A stretch of 64,000 nucleotides of DNA from positions 64,001 to 128,000 of the forward strand of contig CAVUXE010000029.1 in assembly GCA_963745235.1 (NCBI GenBank), given 5' to 3'. Under the pieces are notes generated by a model. It did not search any database. It saw only the letters and a list, made by a program, of their open reading frames with translations, and was not told the DNA's origin. How positions within the stretch are numbered: the first letter of the stretch is position 1; the number at the start of each line of letters is the position of its first letter. The translations under genes and the position numbers were made by a program. This DNA is from an uncultured Spirochaetota bacterium (GTDB lineage: Bacteria; Spirochaetota; Spirochaetia; SZUA-6; Fen-1364). Below are positions 1 to 11,400 of the stretch, piece after piece.

Positions 1-1126
1 GCTTCTCGGACAGCGTGACCGTGCCGCTGGGCGGCGTGACGTCCAGGATGAACGGCCTGCTCATTGCTGGGGAGGAAGCCATCGCCGCGCCGTAGTCAAC
101 GGAGAGGGACGCCGTATACGTCCCATCCGGGGCATACTGGCCCGAGGTGTCCCTGCCGTCCCACGTGAGTGACGCGGGGAGGTCGTTCGAATCCCCCGTG
201 AATGTCTTCACGCCATTCTTGTCAGGGCCCGTCACCGTCACCGTCCACGCATGCACGCTCAGCGGATTCGCGAAAGTCAGGTAGAGCTGGATGTGCTTGT
301 GTCCGGTCTCGCTCTTGGGGGAGAAGCCGTTGAGGTCCGCCTGGATGGCGTCCTGGCCTACCGGAACAGCAGCCGGCGCAATCTGCTCCTGCGCCGCCGA
401 AGCAGTCACCGGGATGGACGCCTTGGCCACCCCGTCAAGACCGTACTCGTCACTGATGGTCGCGACAGCGGAATACGTCATTGAGGGCTGCACGTACGTC
501 CCTGATGAACCCCTGCCGTCCCAGCTGACCGTGTGGTCCGGCCACGAACCATTGAAGGTCTGGAAGAGGTTGCCGTTCGAGTCAAATATCTTGATCGTCC
601 AGGCGCTGATCTTCGCAAGCGGAGAGCTCGCGTCCACCGTCAGCGTCAAGGGTGACGTCATTCCCTGGGCCCCGGGGGTGAACTGAGAGGGATTGACCGA
701 AAGTGACCCCACCGGCGCGGTGGTGTCGACCACGAAGCTCCCGCTTGTCGCGGTGGCCTTGGGGAGCTTGCCCGCATAATCGATGGAAAGTGACGCAGTG
801 TAGCTGCCCTGATCAACGAGGGACCCCGCGTCGTTCTTTCCGTCCCAGCTCAGGGTAGCGGGGAGGTTCTTCCCGTCCCCCGTGAAGGTCTTGACGGCGC
901 CGCCGGTCCCCATGACCGACAGGCTCCAGGTCTTCACGGCATCGCTGTTCCCGAATGACATTGTGAAAGCGATCGTATCGTGACCGGCGCCTGCGCCCGG
1001 GGCAAAGCCGGACGCATCCGCCCGAATCATGCTCTGTTCAGCGCTGACAGGCTTTGCAGTCTGACAGCCGGCAGAGACAATGACGGCGGCCGCCGCCAGG
1101 AGAAAGAATAAGGTCGATCTTCTCAT
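1..1126 (-). CDS. Lipoprotein with repeated FlgD-Ig-like (WDG) domains; runs off the window edge
   Basis: Own translation from ATG 1126 after a GAGGAGGA RBS: MRRSTLFFLLAAAAVIVSAG-C lipobox, then repeats such as KTFTGDGKNLPATLSWDGKND..GSYTASLSIDY and KTFTGDSNDLPASLTWDGRD..GTYTASLSVDY. No stop before base 1. Confidence 0.75.
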   Translation of the reverse strand, partial: MRRSTLFFLLAAAAVIVSAGCQTAKPVSAEQSMIRADASGFAPGAGAGHDTIAFTMSFGNSDAVKTWSLSVMGTGGAVKTFTGDGKNLPATLSWDGKNDAGSLVDQGSYTASLSIDYAGKLPKATATSGSFVVDTTAPVGSLSVNPSQFTPGAQGMTSPLTLTVDASSPLAKISAWTIKIFDSNGNLFQTFNGSWPDHTVSWDGRGSSGTYVQPSMTYSAVATISDEYGLDGVAKASIPVTASAAQEQIAPAAVPVGQDAIQADLNGFSPKSETGHKHIQLYLTFANPLSVHAWTVTVTGPDKNGVKTFTGDSNDLPASLTWDGRDTSGQYAPDGTYTASLSVDYGAAMASSPAMSRPFILDVTPPSGTVTLSEK

Positions 1127-1316
1127 GAAATCCTCCTCATCGAGACTCGACACCTAAAAAATAGGGACGCGCCGCAACGCGCGGAAGTCAGTGGATGAAG
1201 GAATTCCATGTCGAGATATATGACGGCGCTGTCGAATTGTGATGACAGCGGCTACAACGCAGCTATTACGCTCCTGCCGTCACCCGGCGCGCAGCGCCCG
1301 TCCCTCTGCTCCAGGG

Positions 1317-1484
1317 TCACGTTGCCTGGATGTACTTCTTCGGATCCGCGTCGAAAGCGCGCGCGCAGCCCTGCGCGCAGAAGTAGTACGTTTTGCCTTC
1401 GTGGACCCGTGTCGCCACCGCGGTGGCGGGATCTATCATCATCCCGCACACGAGGTCCTTTACCTTTGTTGCCCCAGCGCTCAT
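1317..1484 (-). CDS. YHS-domain small protein (copper-associated)
   Basis: KDLVCGMMID...KTYYFCAQGC...F.ADPKKY is the YHS signature; last gene of the cop operon. Confidence 0.85.
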   Translation of the reverse strand: MSAGATKVKDLVCGMMIDPATAVATRVHEGKTYYFCAQGCARAFDADPKKYIQAT

Positions 1485-1495
1485 GCCGCCCCCCT

Positions 1496-1770
1496 TCATC
1501 TCTCGAGATACTTCTCGAGTATCATCGTGATCTCGTCGATCTTTTCGCTCCCTTGTTCGTCATGATGGCATCCTTCACGCACGTGTTCATGTGCTGCTTG
1601 AGGATGACGATGTTCGCCTTCTTCAGAAGGGCGATGGACGCGTGCACCTGCTTGGAAACGTCGATGCAGTACCTGTCTTCCTCCACCATGCGGAGAATGG
1701 CATCCATCTGTCCGCGCGCGGTCTTCAGCAGGTCGATCGCTTTCTGGCTGTCATGGCTTCCATGATCCAT
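1496..1770 (-). CDS. csoR: CsoR/RcnR-family metal-sensing repressor (one frameshift near the 3' end)
   Basis: [23 protein letters not shown]...H MNTCV (C-H-C fingerprint). Restoring one G near 1550 gives ...[16 protein letters not shown]. Confidence 0.85.
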
Positions 1771-4251
1771 GCGCGTTCCCCTCCCTCGTGATCCTGAATC
1801 TGCGCAGCCGCAGCGCGTTGCTCACCACCGACACGGAGCTCAACGACATTGCCGCGGCTGCGAAGATGGGATTGAGAAGCGGGCCGCCGAAAACATGCAG
1901 CAGCCCCGCCGCGACTGGGATTCCCAGGACGTTGTAGCAGAACGCCCAGAAGAGGTTCTGCTTGATGGTGCGGATGGTGGCCCTGCTCAGATGGATGGCT
2001 CCCGCCACGTCCATGAGATCGCTCTTCATGAGCACGATGTCCGCTGACTCGATTGCCACATCCGTGCCCGAGCCGATGGCAATCCCGATGTCTGCCTGGG
2101 CCAGCGCCGCGGCGTCGTTGATGCCGTCTCCGACCATTGCCACCCGGCTTCCCTCCTCCTGGAGCCTCTTTACCAGCGTCGGCCTTTTCCTGCGGCAGCA
2201 CCTCGGCCAACACCCGGTCCACGCCGACCTGTCGCGGCAATTGCCTGCGCGGTCCTCTCGTTATCCCCCGTGAGCATGACGACCTCCAGGCCCATGTCGC
2301 GCAGCGCGCGCGATGGCGCGGGGCGCTGGACTCTTTCGGAACATCGGCCACGGCAATCATCCCGGCGGCGGCGCCGTCCACGGCCACGAACATGGGCGTC
2401 TTCCCGTCCTCCGCGAGCCGGGCTCGACACACCGGCGAGCGGTCCGAGGGGGATCCCTTTGTCGCTCATCAGCTTTTCGTTTCCAAGAAGAAGGGCCTTT
2501 CCGTCGATGCGCGCCTCGATGCCCAGGCCGGGGATGGCCTGGAACGTCTCCAGGGCCAGAAGGCTGAGCCCCTTGCGCTCGGCGCTCTGCACGATCGCGT
2601 CTCCCAGGGGATGCTCAGAGCCCTTCTCCGCGGATGCGGCCAACTGCAGAAGGACATTCTCATCCAGCCCGTTGGCCAGGGCAATATCGGTCACCACGGG
2701 CCTGCCCTCCGTGACCGTTCCCGTCTTGTCCAGCACCACAGTCTGCACGCGGTGCGTTGCCTCCAGCGCGGCTCCGCCCTTGATGAGGATCCCTTCCTCG
2801 GCGCCTTTTCCCGTGCCCACCATGATGGCGGTGGGAGTGGCAAGGCCGAGGGCGCACGGGCAGGCAATGACGAGCACTGCCGTGAAAATGGTCATGCTGA
2901 ATGCCACGCTCTGGCCGGAGATGAGCCATGCGGCTCCTGCCGCCAGGGCGATGAGGATCACGATGGGAACGAAATACCCCGAGACGATGTCAGCAAGCTG
3001 GGCGATGGGCGCTTTCGACCCCTGCGCCTGCTCCACGAGCTTGATGATTTGCGCGAGGGCCGTGTCGCTGCCGACCCGGGTCGCGCGGAAGGTGATGGCG
3101 CCGTTCTTGTTGAGGCTGGCGCCCGTGACCTGGTCGCCGACCTTCTTCTCCACAGGGATGCTCTCACCGGTCAGCATCGACTCGTCCACCGACGTGTAGC
3201 CGTCCATTACCACCCCATCCACGGGGACCTTCTCTCCGGGGTGCACCCGCAGGATGTCACCGACCTCCACCTCTGAGATCGGGGTCTCTGTTTCTTTCCC
3301 GTCATGGATCACCGTGGCCGTCTTGGGGGCAAGTCCCATCAGCTTCTTGATGGCCTGCGACGTCTTTCCCTTGGAGACGGTCTCCAGCGTCTTTCCGAGC
3401 ATGATCAGGGTGAGGATGACCGCGGCAGTCTCGAAGTAGAGATTCTTCACCGCCTCCAGATCTCCCAGGGCGATCCGGACCGCGCTGTACACGCTGTACA
3501 GGACCGCGGCCGCGGTCCCGATGGCGATCAGGGAATCCATGTTCGGCGCCCGGTGCCAGAGCGCTTTTGCGCCGACCCTGTAGAACCTGCTTCCCGCGAT
3601 TATGGCTGGAATCACAAGGATCATCTGTGCCACCGCATAGCTGAACGGGAACCGCATCGGATTCAGAAAAGCGGGGAGGGGAATACGGGCCCCCGGGATC
3701 ATGTGCACCAGCGCCAGGTAGAGCAGGGGGACAGAGGCGGAAGCGGCGACGATGAACCGTGTCCACATGACGCGAATCTCGCGCTCCTTGCGCTCAGCAT
3801 CGTGATCCACGATGTCCCCGGCGTCGATCTCGCGGGGCGTGTAGCCGGCATCGCTGATGGCTTTCTTGATTCCCGACAGCCTCACTTTCGCCGGATCATA
3901 GGTGACATCTGCCTTCTCCGTTGCAAGGTTGACTGCCACCGTGGTCACTCCGTCCAGCTTGCTGACGGCTTTCTCGATGTTGGCAACGCAGGACGCGCAG
4001 CTCATTCCCTCGATGGGTATGGTGACGCGCTTTGTCTCCTCCGCCCGCTCGAGGCCGTACCCCGCGTCTTGCACGGCCTTCTGGACAGCATCGAACGTCA
4101 CCTGGCCTTCATCGTATTCCAGGTGGAGCTTTTCCGTTGCCAGGTTCACGTTGGCCGTCTTCACCCCGGAGAGCTGGCCAAGAACCTTTTCCACTCGCGC
4201 TGAGCAGGAGGCGCACGTCATCCCGGTTACCGCTATCTCTTCAACCTTCAT
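1751..4251 (-). CDS. copA: Cu(I)-translocating P1B-1 ATPase (frameshifted near 2150-2430)
   Basis: Two GMxCxxC HMA domains, TGES, CPC, DKTGT, SEHP, GDGIND, YN and MSLSS motifs spread across three ORF pieces. Confidence 0.93.
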
Positions 4252-4298
4252 TTGTCGCCCTTCATCTTTCGCCTTCTTCAAATTTATCACCCGGATTG

Positions 4299-4360
4299 AC
4301 CCCTCCCCCCATGGGGAGGGGGTATGTGCATAACTTACACCACCTCTTTTCCGGCGTCAA
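4299..4360 (-). promoter_or_regulatory. copA promoter (TTGACG-N17-TAAGTT) followed by a C/G-tract CsoR-type operator
   Basis: -35/-10 on the minus strand at 4360-4332; imperfect palindrome ACCCCTCCCCCCATGGGGAGGGGGTA at 4299-4324. Confidence 0.7.
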
Positions 4361-4373
4361 GCCTTTTCGGAGT

Positions 4374-5111
4374 CTATGCGAACCACTCCCACATTCCGTT
4401 GCCGCCCTGGGCTGCCGCGCCGCGGATGTAGTCCCGTTGAGCCCGCGCCTCCATGCGGTAGGCTTCGGTTGCTATTCGCATGTTCTGCGCGGACGGGGCC
4501 GCGGTGCCAACTGCCTGCATGACTTCCTGGGCAGTCCTCATGGCAGCTAAAGCGTCGCCGGAGGGGTACCCCATGGCTCCGTGCGCAGGGGCAGAGACAG
4601 CGAAAGATCCACCCGGCTTGGCGGGTGGGGTCAGGCCTGAAAGCAGGGCCGAGGTCTCCCGGCCCGCCTGTTCGGTCTCGAGGAGCCGGGCGCCTGCGGG
4701 CGGCAGCGCTCCGGCTGGGGCCGCCTGGGCGCCGGCGCGAGGCGCCTCACGCCGAGGCGCGAACTCGGGAGGAGCGGGAGCAGCGAAGGCCCTTTGCCCG
4801 GGGCCCATGAGGGTGGAAAGAAGTGTTGAAGTCTCCCTGCCGGCCTGCATGCTCTCCAGGAGAGGCACATTCAGTTGCCGCCCGGGCGCAGTCGGGAAAG
4901 CAGCCGGTGCCTGAAAGAAGGACAGATTCGGGCCAGGAAGCGTCGACAGCAGGGCTGAAGTCTCTCTTCCTGTCTGCATCATCTCCTGGAGCCGGGCGTT
5001 GAGCTTCGGAGAAGGAAATGGGCCCGTCTGACTGGCCGCCTGATCCTGCCGACGAGGTGCGACCGGGTCCGGTCGCATGGGAATTGTCGCAATGGGGTCT
5101 ACCATGATCAC
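4374..5111 (-). CDS. Hypothetical protein with three GRETS(A/T)LLS repeats and a SprA-related-like C-terminal helix
   Basis: 245-aa ORF with internal repeats visible in the translation. Confidence 0.55.
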   Translation of the reverse strand: MIMVDPIATIPMRPDPVAPRRQDQAASQTGPFPSPKLNARLQEMMQTGRETSALLSTLPGPNLSFFQAPAAFPTAPGRQLNVPLLESMQAGRETSTLLSTLMGPGQRAFAAPAPPEFAPRREAPRAGAQAAPAGALPPAGARLLETEQAGRETSALLSGLTPPAKPGGSFAVSAPAHGAMGYPSGDALAAMRTAQEVMQAVGTAAPSAQNMRIATEAYRMEARAQRDYIRGAAAQGGNGMWEWFA

Positions 5112-5166
5112 CCCCTCTCTCTCAATAATACCACCGAAACGGCCGTCCGGTGGCGCGAAAAACGCG

Positions 5167-6217
5167 TCAGGTCACGAAGTGGCAGGCTACCCTGTGCCCC
5201 GGCGAGACCTCCTTGAGGGGAGGCTTCTCGTGAGTGCAGATGTCTTTTTCCAGGGGGCATCTGCCCACAAAGGGGCACCCGGTCGGAGCGCGCGTGGGGT
5301 TGAACGGGTTTCCCGCTGCCGCGCCGCGGTCCGGCAATCTGCCGCCAATCCGCGGAATGGCGCTGTAGAGGAGTTGAGAATACGGGTGGAGGGGGGTGCG
5401 CGCCAGGTCCGCGGCGGGCGCCTCCTCCATCATGCTCCCACCGTAGAGAACGCCGATCCGATCCGCCATGTACGAAACAACAGTGAGGTCGTGGGCGATA
5501 AAGAGGATGCTCAGGTTGAACTGCCTTTTCAGATCGGCAAGGAGATTGAGGATCTGGCCCTGGATGGAGACGTCCAAGGCGCTGACGACCTCGTCGCAGA
5601 TCAGGGCTCTCGGGCCGCTGAACAAAGCGCGGGCAAGGGAGATGCGCTGGCGCTGCCCTCCCGAAAACTCGGACGGCCGCCTCTGGAGGTCCGCCGCCCG
5701 CAGCCCCACCGCCTGCATGAGCTCCACGGCCCTGGCCTTGAGAGCGGCCGCGGTGGACCCTTGCCCGTTGTATTTTGCCCCCGCGCAAAGGATGTTGAGG
5801 ACGCTCATCCGGGGATCCAGGGAGGAGGAGGGGTCCTGGAAGACGTACTTGACGTCGGCGCGCAGCCGCCGCAGGAGCTGCGGATTGTGTTGGTCAATCT
5901 CCCACAAGGCGGGCGCCGCCGGCGCCACGCTCATCCGGGCCGGGGGAGTAGCGTATGGTACCCGAGGTGTGCGGCGCCAGCTGAACGATGCAGCGCGCAA
6001 TTGTGGTCTTCCCTGACCCCGACTCTCCCACCAGGCCGTACGTCTCCCCGCGAAGGATAGCGAAGCTCACGCCGTTCACGGCCCATACCCACCGCCCGGC
6101 AGAGGCGAAGAGGCCTGCTTCCAGCTTGAAGACCTTCCTCAGGTCATCCACGCGGATGAGGGCGTCCACGGACTGCGCCTCTGCCTTGGTTCCTGTCCGG
6201 GCAAGGCTCTGGTTCAT
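5167..6217 (-). CDS. oppF: Oligopeptide/dipeptide ABC transporter ATP-binding subunit, OppF-like (frameshift near 5920)
   Basis: GESGSGKT in the N-terminal piece; [17 protein letters not shown] and Cys-rich tail in the C-terminal piece. Confidence 0.88.
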
Positions 6218-7320
6218 TTCTTGACTCCCGGGAAGACGCAACGGTACGCGGTCTGATCGATGACCCCGACGGCGTCGGCCGGGACCTGCCTGCCGTCCTG
6301 GTCGCGCACCAGCGGCGGGATTGCGGCCCGGCACTCGTCCGCGGCCAGGGGACAGCGCGGCGCGAACGGGCAGCCCGGCTCGGGGCGTGTCGGATCGGGG
6401 ACTGAGCCCTGAATCGTAATGAGCTTTTCCCTGCTGTAGTGATTGCCCCAGGCGGGAAGTGCGTTCAAGAGCGCGCGCGTGTAGGGGCTTCTGGGCCGTG
6501 CCAGGACTTCCTGGGCAGGCCCCGTTTCCACCACCAGGCCGGCGTACATCACGAGGATCCTGTCAGCGATCAGTCCGACAAGGCTGAGGTTGTGAGAGAT
6601 GAAGATGAGCGAGAGCCGCCGGCGTGTCTGCAGCTCTTTCAGGAGCGCAACGATCTCAGCCTGGATGGTGACGTCGAGGGCCGTTGTCGGCTCATCCGCG
6701 ATGAGGAGCTGGGGATCGTTGGCCAGGGCAAGCGCGATCATGATCCTCTGGAGCATCCCTCCCGAAAACTGGTGCGGGAAGCTCTTCAGGCGGTCTTCGG
6801 CGCGCGGGACATGGACCTCTGAAAGAAGGAGAGCAGCCCTGGCGCGGCACTCCGCCGGCGACATCCCGGGGTCCTTCACCCGCAGCGTCTCCTCGAAAGT
6901 CTTTCCGATGCTGTAGATGGGATCGAAGGATCTGCTGGGCTCCTGGAAGATCATGGAGACGACGGTCCCGCGCATCGCCCGCAGCTGCGAGGGAGCCAGG
7001 GAACGCACATCCTGCCCGTTGAGCAGGATGCTTCCTTTCACCGCGGCATCCCGCCCCAGGAGCCCCAGGGCCGCCAGGGCGCTCACGCTTTTTCCGGATC
7101 CTGACTCGCCAACGATTCCCAGGCATTCCCCTCGTCGAAGCGCGAAATCCACGCCGCGAACCGCCTGGATGGCGCCGTCTCCGGACGGAAAATCCACCGT
7201 CAGGCCACGTGCTTCGAGCGCCGTCTCTCTCGAAGCGCCTGCGGCGACGGGAGCGCCTGCGGCGACGGGAGCGCCTGCGGCGACGGGAGCGCCTGCGGCG
7301 ACGGCCTTCAGCTCAGCCAC
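6214..7320 (-). CDS. oppD: Oligopeptide/dipeptide ABC transporter ATP-binding subunit, OppD-like
   Basis: [42 protein letters not shown]. Confidence 0.92.
   Translation of the reverse strand: MAELKAVAAGAPVAAGAPVAAGAPVAAGASRETALEARGLTVDFPSGDGAIQAVRGVDFALRRGECLGIVGESGSGKSVSALAALGLLGRDAAVKGSILLNGQDVRSLAPSQLRAMRGTVVSMIFQEPSRSFDPIYSIGKTFEETLRVKDPGMSPAECRARAALLLSEVHVPRAEDRLKSFPHQFSGGMLQRIMIALALANDPQLLIADEPTTALDVTIQAEIVALLKELQTRRRLSLIFISHNLSLVGLIADRILVMYAGLVVETGPAQEVLARPRSPYTRALLNALPAWGNHYSREKLITIQGSVPDPTRPEPGCPFAPRCPLAADECRAAIPPLVRDQDGRQVPADAVGVIDQTAYRCVFPGVKK
7234..7304. repeat. 18-bp in-frame tandem repeat (about 3.9 copies) encoding VAAGAP in the OppD N-terminus
   Basis: AGCGCCTGCGGCGACGGG at 7234, 7252, 7270 and 7288. 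Confidence 0.9.
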
Positions 7321-8395
7321 GGCGGGTCTCCCTCCAGTTCGGGTCCGCGACGTCCCTCAGGAGCTCCCCCAGAAAATTGAAGGCCAGGGCAATGATGATG
7401 AGGAAGAGGCCCGGAGTGAAAAGCCAGGGGAACTGGACCAGGTTCGTGATGGTGGTGGCGTCCCGGCTGATCATGCTGCCCCAGCTCACCGCGGGGTCCA
7501 CGATCCCCAGGCCCAGGTAGGAGAGTGCCGTCTCTCCGAGGATGAACCCGGGGATGCCGAGGGTGACGCTGATGATGAGGATGGAAGCCATCTGCGGGAT
7601 GATGTGCCGGAAAAGGATGGCTCTCGCGGGCATGGACTCCAGCTCCGCGTTCGCCACGAAATCGTTTCGCTTGATCGCATGGACCATGCCGCGGATCATC
7701 CGCGCCGTGCCCGGCCAGCCCACCGCGGAGAGGATCAGCGTGATGATGGCGTATGACTGGCCCGAGTTCAGGTTCGTGCTGAGGATGGAGCGGAGAAAGA
7801 GAATCAGGTAAAGGCCGGGGATCAGGATGATGAACTCCGCAAGCCGCATGACCATCCAGTCCCAGAGCCCCCCGAAATATCCAGCCAACCCTCCCAGGAA
7901 CAGGGCGATGAAGAGAGAGACTGCCACCGCCACGAACCCGATTGTCAGGGAGATCCGTGAGCCGTACAGCAGCCTGCTGAAGATGTCCCGCCCGAGGTTG
8001 TCCGTGCCGAGGAGAAACACAGGTTCAGCTTCCCCCCCGGGGTTCGAGTACCTGGCCGTGCCGAACAGGTGATGCCGGAAGGGAATGAGCCCCCAGAGCT
8101 TCGCGTCCGGTCCGACGGCAAACAGATACACCGGAGTGTAATGCCCTTCCAGACCTGCGTACTGGCGCGTGATGTCATTGATCAGGACGAGGGTCTGAAC
8201 CTGCGGCCGAAAGCCGAGGGTGGGGGAATACAGCTGCAGGGAAGGAGGCTGGTCCGAATGGCTTCCGAACTGGTCGTTGGGCCCATATGGCGCCAGGAAC
8301 TCGCAGAAGATCATGCCGAGGTACAGGACGATGAGGACAAAGAAGGAGACGAGCGCTATCGGCCTTCTTCGCATGGCGCTCCAGAATCTTTTCAT
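7313..8395 (-). CDS. oppC: Peptide ABC transporter permease, OppC-like
   Basis: LLGTDNLGRDIFSRLLYGSRISLTIG; ETALSYLGLG. Confidence 0.92.
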   Translation of the reverse strand: MKRFWSAMRRRPIALVSFFVLIVLYLGMIFCEFLAPYGPNDQFGSHSDQPPSLQLYSPTLGFRPQVQTLVLINDITRQYAGLEGHYTPVYLFAVGPDAKLWGLIPFRHHLFGTARYSNPGGEAEPVFLLGTDNLGRDIFSRLLYGSRISLTIGFVAVAVSLFIALFLGGLAGYFGGLWDWMVMRLAEFIILIPGLYLILFLRSILSTNLNSGQSYAIITLILSAVGWPGTARMIRGMVHAIKRNDFVANAELESMPARAILFRHIIPQMASILIISVTLGIPGFILGETALSYLGLGIVDPAVSWGSMISRDATTITNLVQFPWLFTPGLFLIIIALAFNFLGELLRDVADPNWRETRRG

Positions 8396-9474
8396 TCGCG
8401 CGAGTACCTGATGCGGGGGTCAACGAGGGCCAGCGCCACGTCGGAGATCAGCATCCCGACGAGAATGAGGAAGCTGATGAACATGATGTTGGTCAGCACG
8501 AGGTTGATATCCTTCTGCATCACTGATTCGTACATGAGCCGCCCGATCCCTGGATAGGAGAAAATGATCTCCAGGAACAACGAACCGGAAAAGAGGTCCG
8601 CCAGCAGGGTGGAGGAGCTTGTGATGAACGGGTTCATCGTGTTGCGAAACGCGTGATTGAAAAGGATCCTTCGCTCGGAAACCCCCCGGGAGCGCAGGGC
8701 CGTGATGTAGGGCTGTCCGAGCTGATCCAGCATCGTGGCGCGGATCAGGCGGAGCGATCCGCCGATGCCGCCCAGGAATGCGCCGATGAGCGGAAGGATG
8801 ATATGGTAGAGATAGGAGAACGTGAACCCGAGCGGATTGCCGTCGAAGCTTTCCGTCGGGTAGGCCGTCACGGGGAAGATCCCCGTTGCCGAGGCGAACA
8901 TCTGCAGGAGGATGAGCAGAAGGATTCCCGGGAACGCGTTGAGGAACAGGCTGACGAAAGCCACGACGGGATCGATCCGCGAGCCCGCCTTTGAAGAGAA
9001 ATAGATGCCCAGCGCAAACGAGATGATGGTGAGGAAGACCAGCTCGATGAGGTTGAGGATGATCGAGTTGAGCATCCGGGTGCCCACCAGGTAGAGCACG
9101 GGTGCTCGCGAGATGAGCGACCTCCCGAGGTCGTGCTCCACGAATATCTGGTGGAGCCAGTGAAAGTACTGGAGGTAGAAGGGTCTGTCCAGCCACAGGC
9201 GGTGCTTCGCCTCCTGGATCTGCGTTTCGGTCAGCGTGTTCGTGTTGGACTGGAAGCCCTTGGTCTGAAGGATCAGGCTCCGCGCGTAGTTGTCAACGAT
9301 ATCACCGGGAGAGAGGGACATCAGGCCAAAGACGCCGAGGCCCAGGAGGAACAGCATCAGCACCATGGTGGTGAATCTGCCGGTGAGGAACGTGGCCAGG
9401 GGATGCCGTTGGCGAAGCTTCGCGAGGCTGAACGGCGTCCGCGCGGTGGAGCGTGCCGACTCAGGGGTGCTCAT
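8392..9474 (-). CDS. oppB: Peptide ABC transporter permease, OppB-like
   Basis: SPGD, DLGRSL, QPYITALRSRG..HAFRN, EIIFSYPGIG. Confidence 0.92.
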   Translation of the reverse strand: MSTPESARSTARTPFSLAKLRQRHPLATFLTGRFTTMVLMLFLLGLGVFGLMSLSPGDIVDNYARSLILQTKGFQSNTNTLTETQIQEAKHRLWLDRPFYLQYFHWLHQIFVEHDLGRSLISRAPVLYLVGTRMLNSIILNLIELVFLTIISFALGIYFSSKAGSRIDPVVAFVSLFLNAFPGILLLILLQMFASATGIFPVTAYPTESFDGNPLGFTFSYLYHIILPLIGAFLGGIGGSLRLIRATMLDQLGQPYITALRSRGVSERRILFNHAFRNTMNPFITSSSTLLADLFSGSLFLEIIFSYPGIGRLMYESVMQKDINLVLTNIMFISFLILVGMLISDVALALVDPRIRYSRE

Positions 9475-11294
9475 TGGGCCTTCAGGTACACATAGTTGAA
9501 ATCAGGCGCTCCCAGGGTGTCGACGCGGATGTTCGCCCACTTGTCGCGATACGCGGCAAAAGAAACCGCGTAAACCATGTACATGACGGGAACCTGGTCC
9601 AGGAGGATCCGCTGGTACTGGTCCCAGATCTTTTTCGCCTTCACCGGATCACGCTCCGAGTAGCCCTGCCAGTACAACTCATCGATCTTGGCCTCCCACG
9701 CGGTTGCCGGCTTCGGCTGGAGGGGGTTCCACAGGTGCAGGTTGCCCGAGGAGAGCCAGACATTGTCACCTTGGATGGGGAAGTAGTTCGAGCCGACGGA
9801 GATCATGATGGACTGCCAGTCGTAGGCTTTTGTCAGGCTGTCCACGATCTTCTGGAACTGGACCGGTTTCACGTTGAGCGTGATGCCCACCTTCTTCAGC
9901 TCATCCGCGTAGATGGTCGCGATGTCGATGCTCAGGTTGGTTTCGATGGGTACGGTGAGGTCATACGTGATGACGTTTCCCTCCGCATCCTGCATGAGCC
10001 CCTGCGCGTTCGGCTTGATCCCGATCTGCGCCAGGAGCTGTTTCCCGCGCTCAGGGTTGTACGTGAACTGCTGCCGTGATTGACAGGATCATAGTAGGGA
10101 TTCGGCTTGGCGAAGAAGGAAAGATCCGGCTCCGCCAGCCCGCGGTAGACCTCCTTGACCACCCTGTCCCGGTTGAAGAAGCAGCTCATGGCCTGGCGGA
10201 AGACGGTGTTGGAGAACCATTTCACGTACAACGGCTTCAGGTTCCTGGGGTTCTGGTTCCAGGAGATGAACGCAGCGCCGAGAGCTAGGGCCGTCGTAGT
10301 ACACCGAGTAGTCCCGCGGGCTCTTGTTCACCATCTCCTGGAGGTCCTCGGGCCGCAGGCTGTAGCCATCGAGCTCCCCGGCGAGGAACTTCAGCCTTTC
10401 CGTGTCCTGGTTGGGAACGATCTTCGTCTCATACCTTTCGATGTACGGGACCTTCTGACCGTAATCGTCGGTCTTGAAGTAGTTCGGGTTGCGGACCAGC
10501 GTGACCTGGACTCCCGGCTTGTTCGACTCGATGGAGTACGGTCCCATGGAGGGAATGGTCCGGGGATCCGTGTTGATGGTCCACAGGTTGAGCACTCCCT
10601 CCACGCCCTTCGCCTTCTTGACCGGCTCGAAGATGTAGCGAGGCCCGAAGTTCATGTTGCTGGAAAGCTCTGGCATGGCCACGACGCGGGGATAGTGCAT
10701 GACGAACCTCCTCTCGTCGATCTTCTCCATGTCGATGTGCTTCTTCTTGCCGTCCGGCATCTGCACGAACTGGCCCGCGTAGGCGGAATGCTGCATTGCG
10801 GGGTCCCCCACGATCTGGTTGTACCAGAACACGACGTCATCCGAGGTCACCTTGACCTTTGTTTTCGGGTCCGCGAGCGTCGTCCAGTACAAGTCGTCGC
10901 GAAGCGTGAACGTCACATCCATGGTGCCGGCAGCTTCGTTCACGGAGACCTCGTAGGAAGCGGCCAGGGGCTTCCACTGCTTCTTGTACGCGTCGTAGTC
11001 GAGAAGGGAGGTGGAGAGGTTGTCGACAATCCCCGCGCTCTCAGCGTCATAGACGGCAACCACGGGGTTGAAGGTCTTCAGGTCATTGTTGAGGTTGTTG
11101 AGCCACGTCCCTCCGCTTCTGCCCTTCTCGTAGGGAGCCGTGCTCCCCGGGCGGTAAACGGTCTTCTCCAGGAGGCTGTCCTCCTGCTGCTTTTTCTGGA
11201 AATTGAGCTGGTCTTCCGAGATCTGCTTGACCCCGGGGCCGCAGGCGGCAAGGAAGGCCACGGCCGCCACCAGAAGCAGCTGCAATCTTTTCAA
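9471..11294 (-). CDS. oppA: Family 5 solute-binding lipoprotein, OppA-like (two frameshifts)
   Basis: TTG start after GGAGGAG; LAAC lipobox; TFTLRDDLYW, VTSDDVVF, GPY, LVRNPNY and FRQAMS motifs across three ORF pieces. Confidence 0.88.
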
Positions 11295-11400
11295 TTCCGG
11301 CACTCCTCCATCTGGGCGACTGCGAGCACGGTGCAAGCTTACACAGTCCGGGGGAGGCGGGCAACCGGAGGAGCGGCAACCGGAGATCGGACAGGACCGA

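Noticed and set aside
181-200. GTTCGAATCCC, resembling a tRNA T-loop
   Set aside because: Lies inside the FlgD-Ig lipoprotein CDS with no cloverleaf or acceptor stem.
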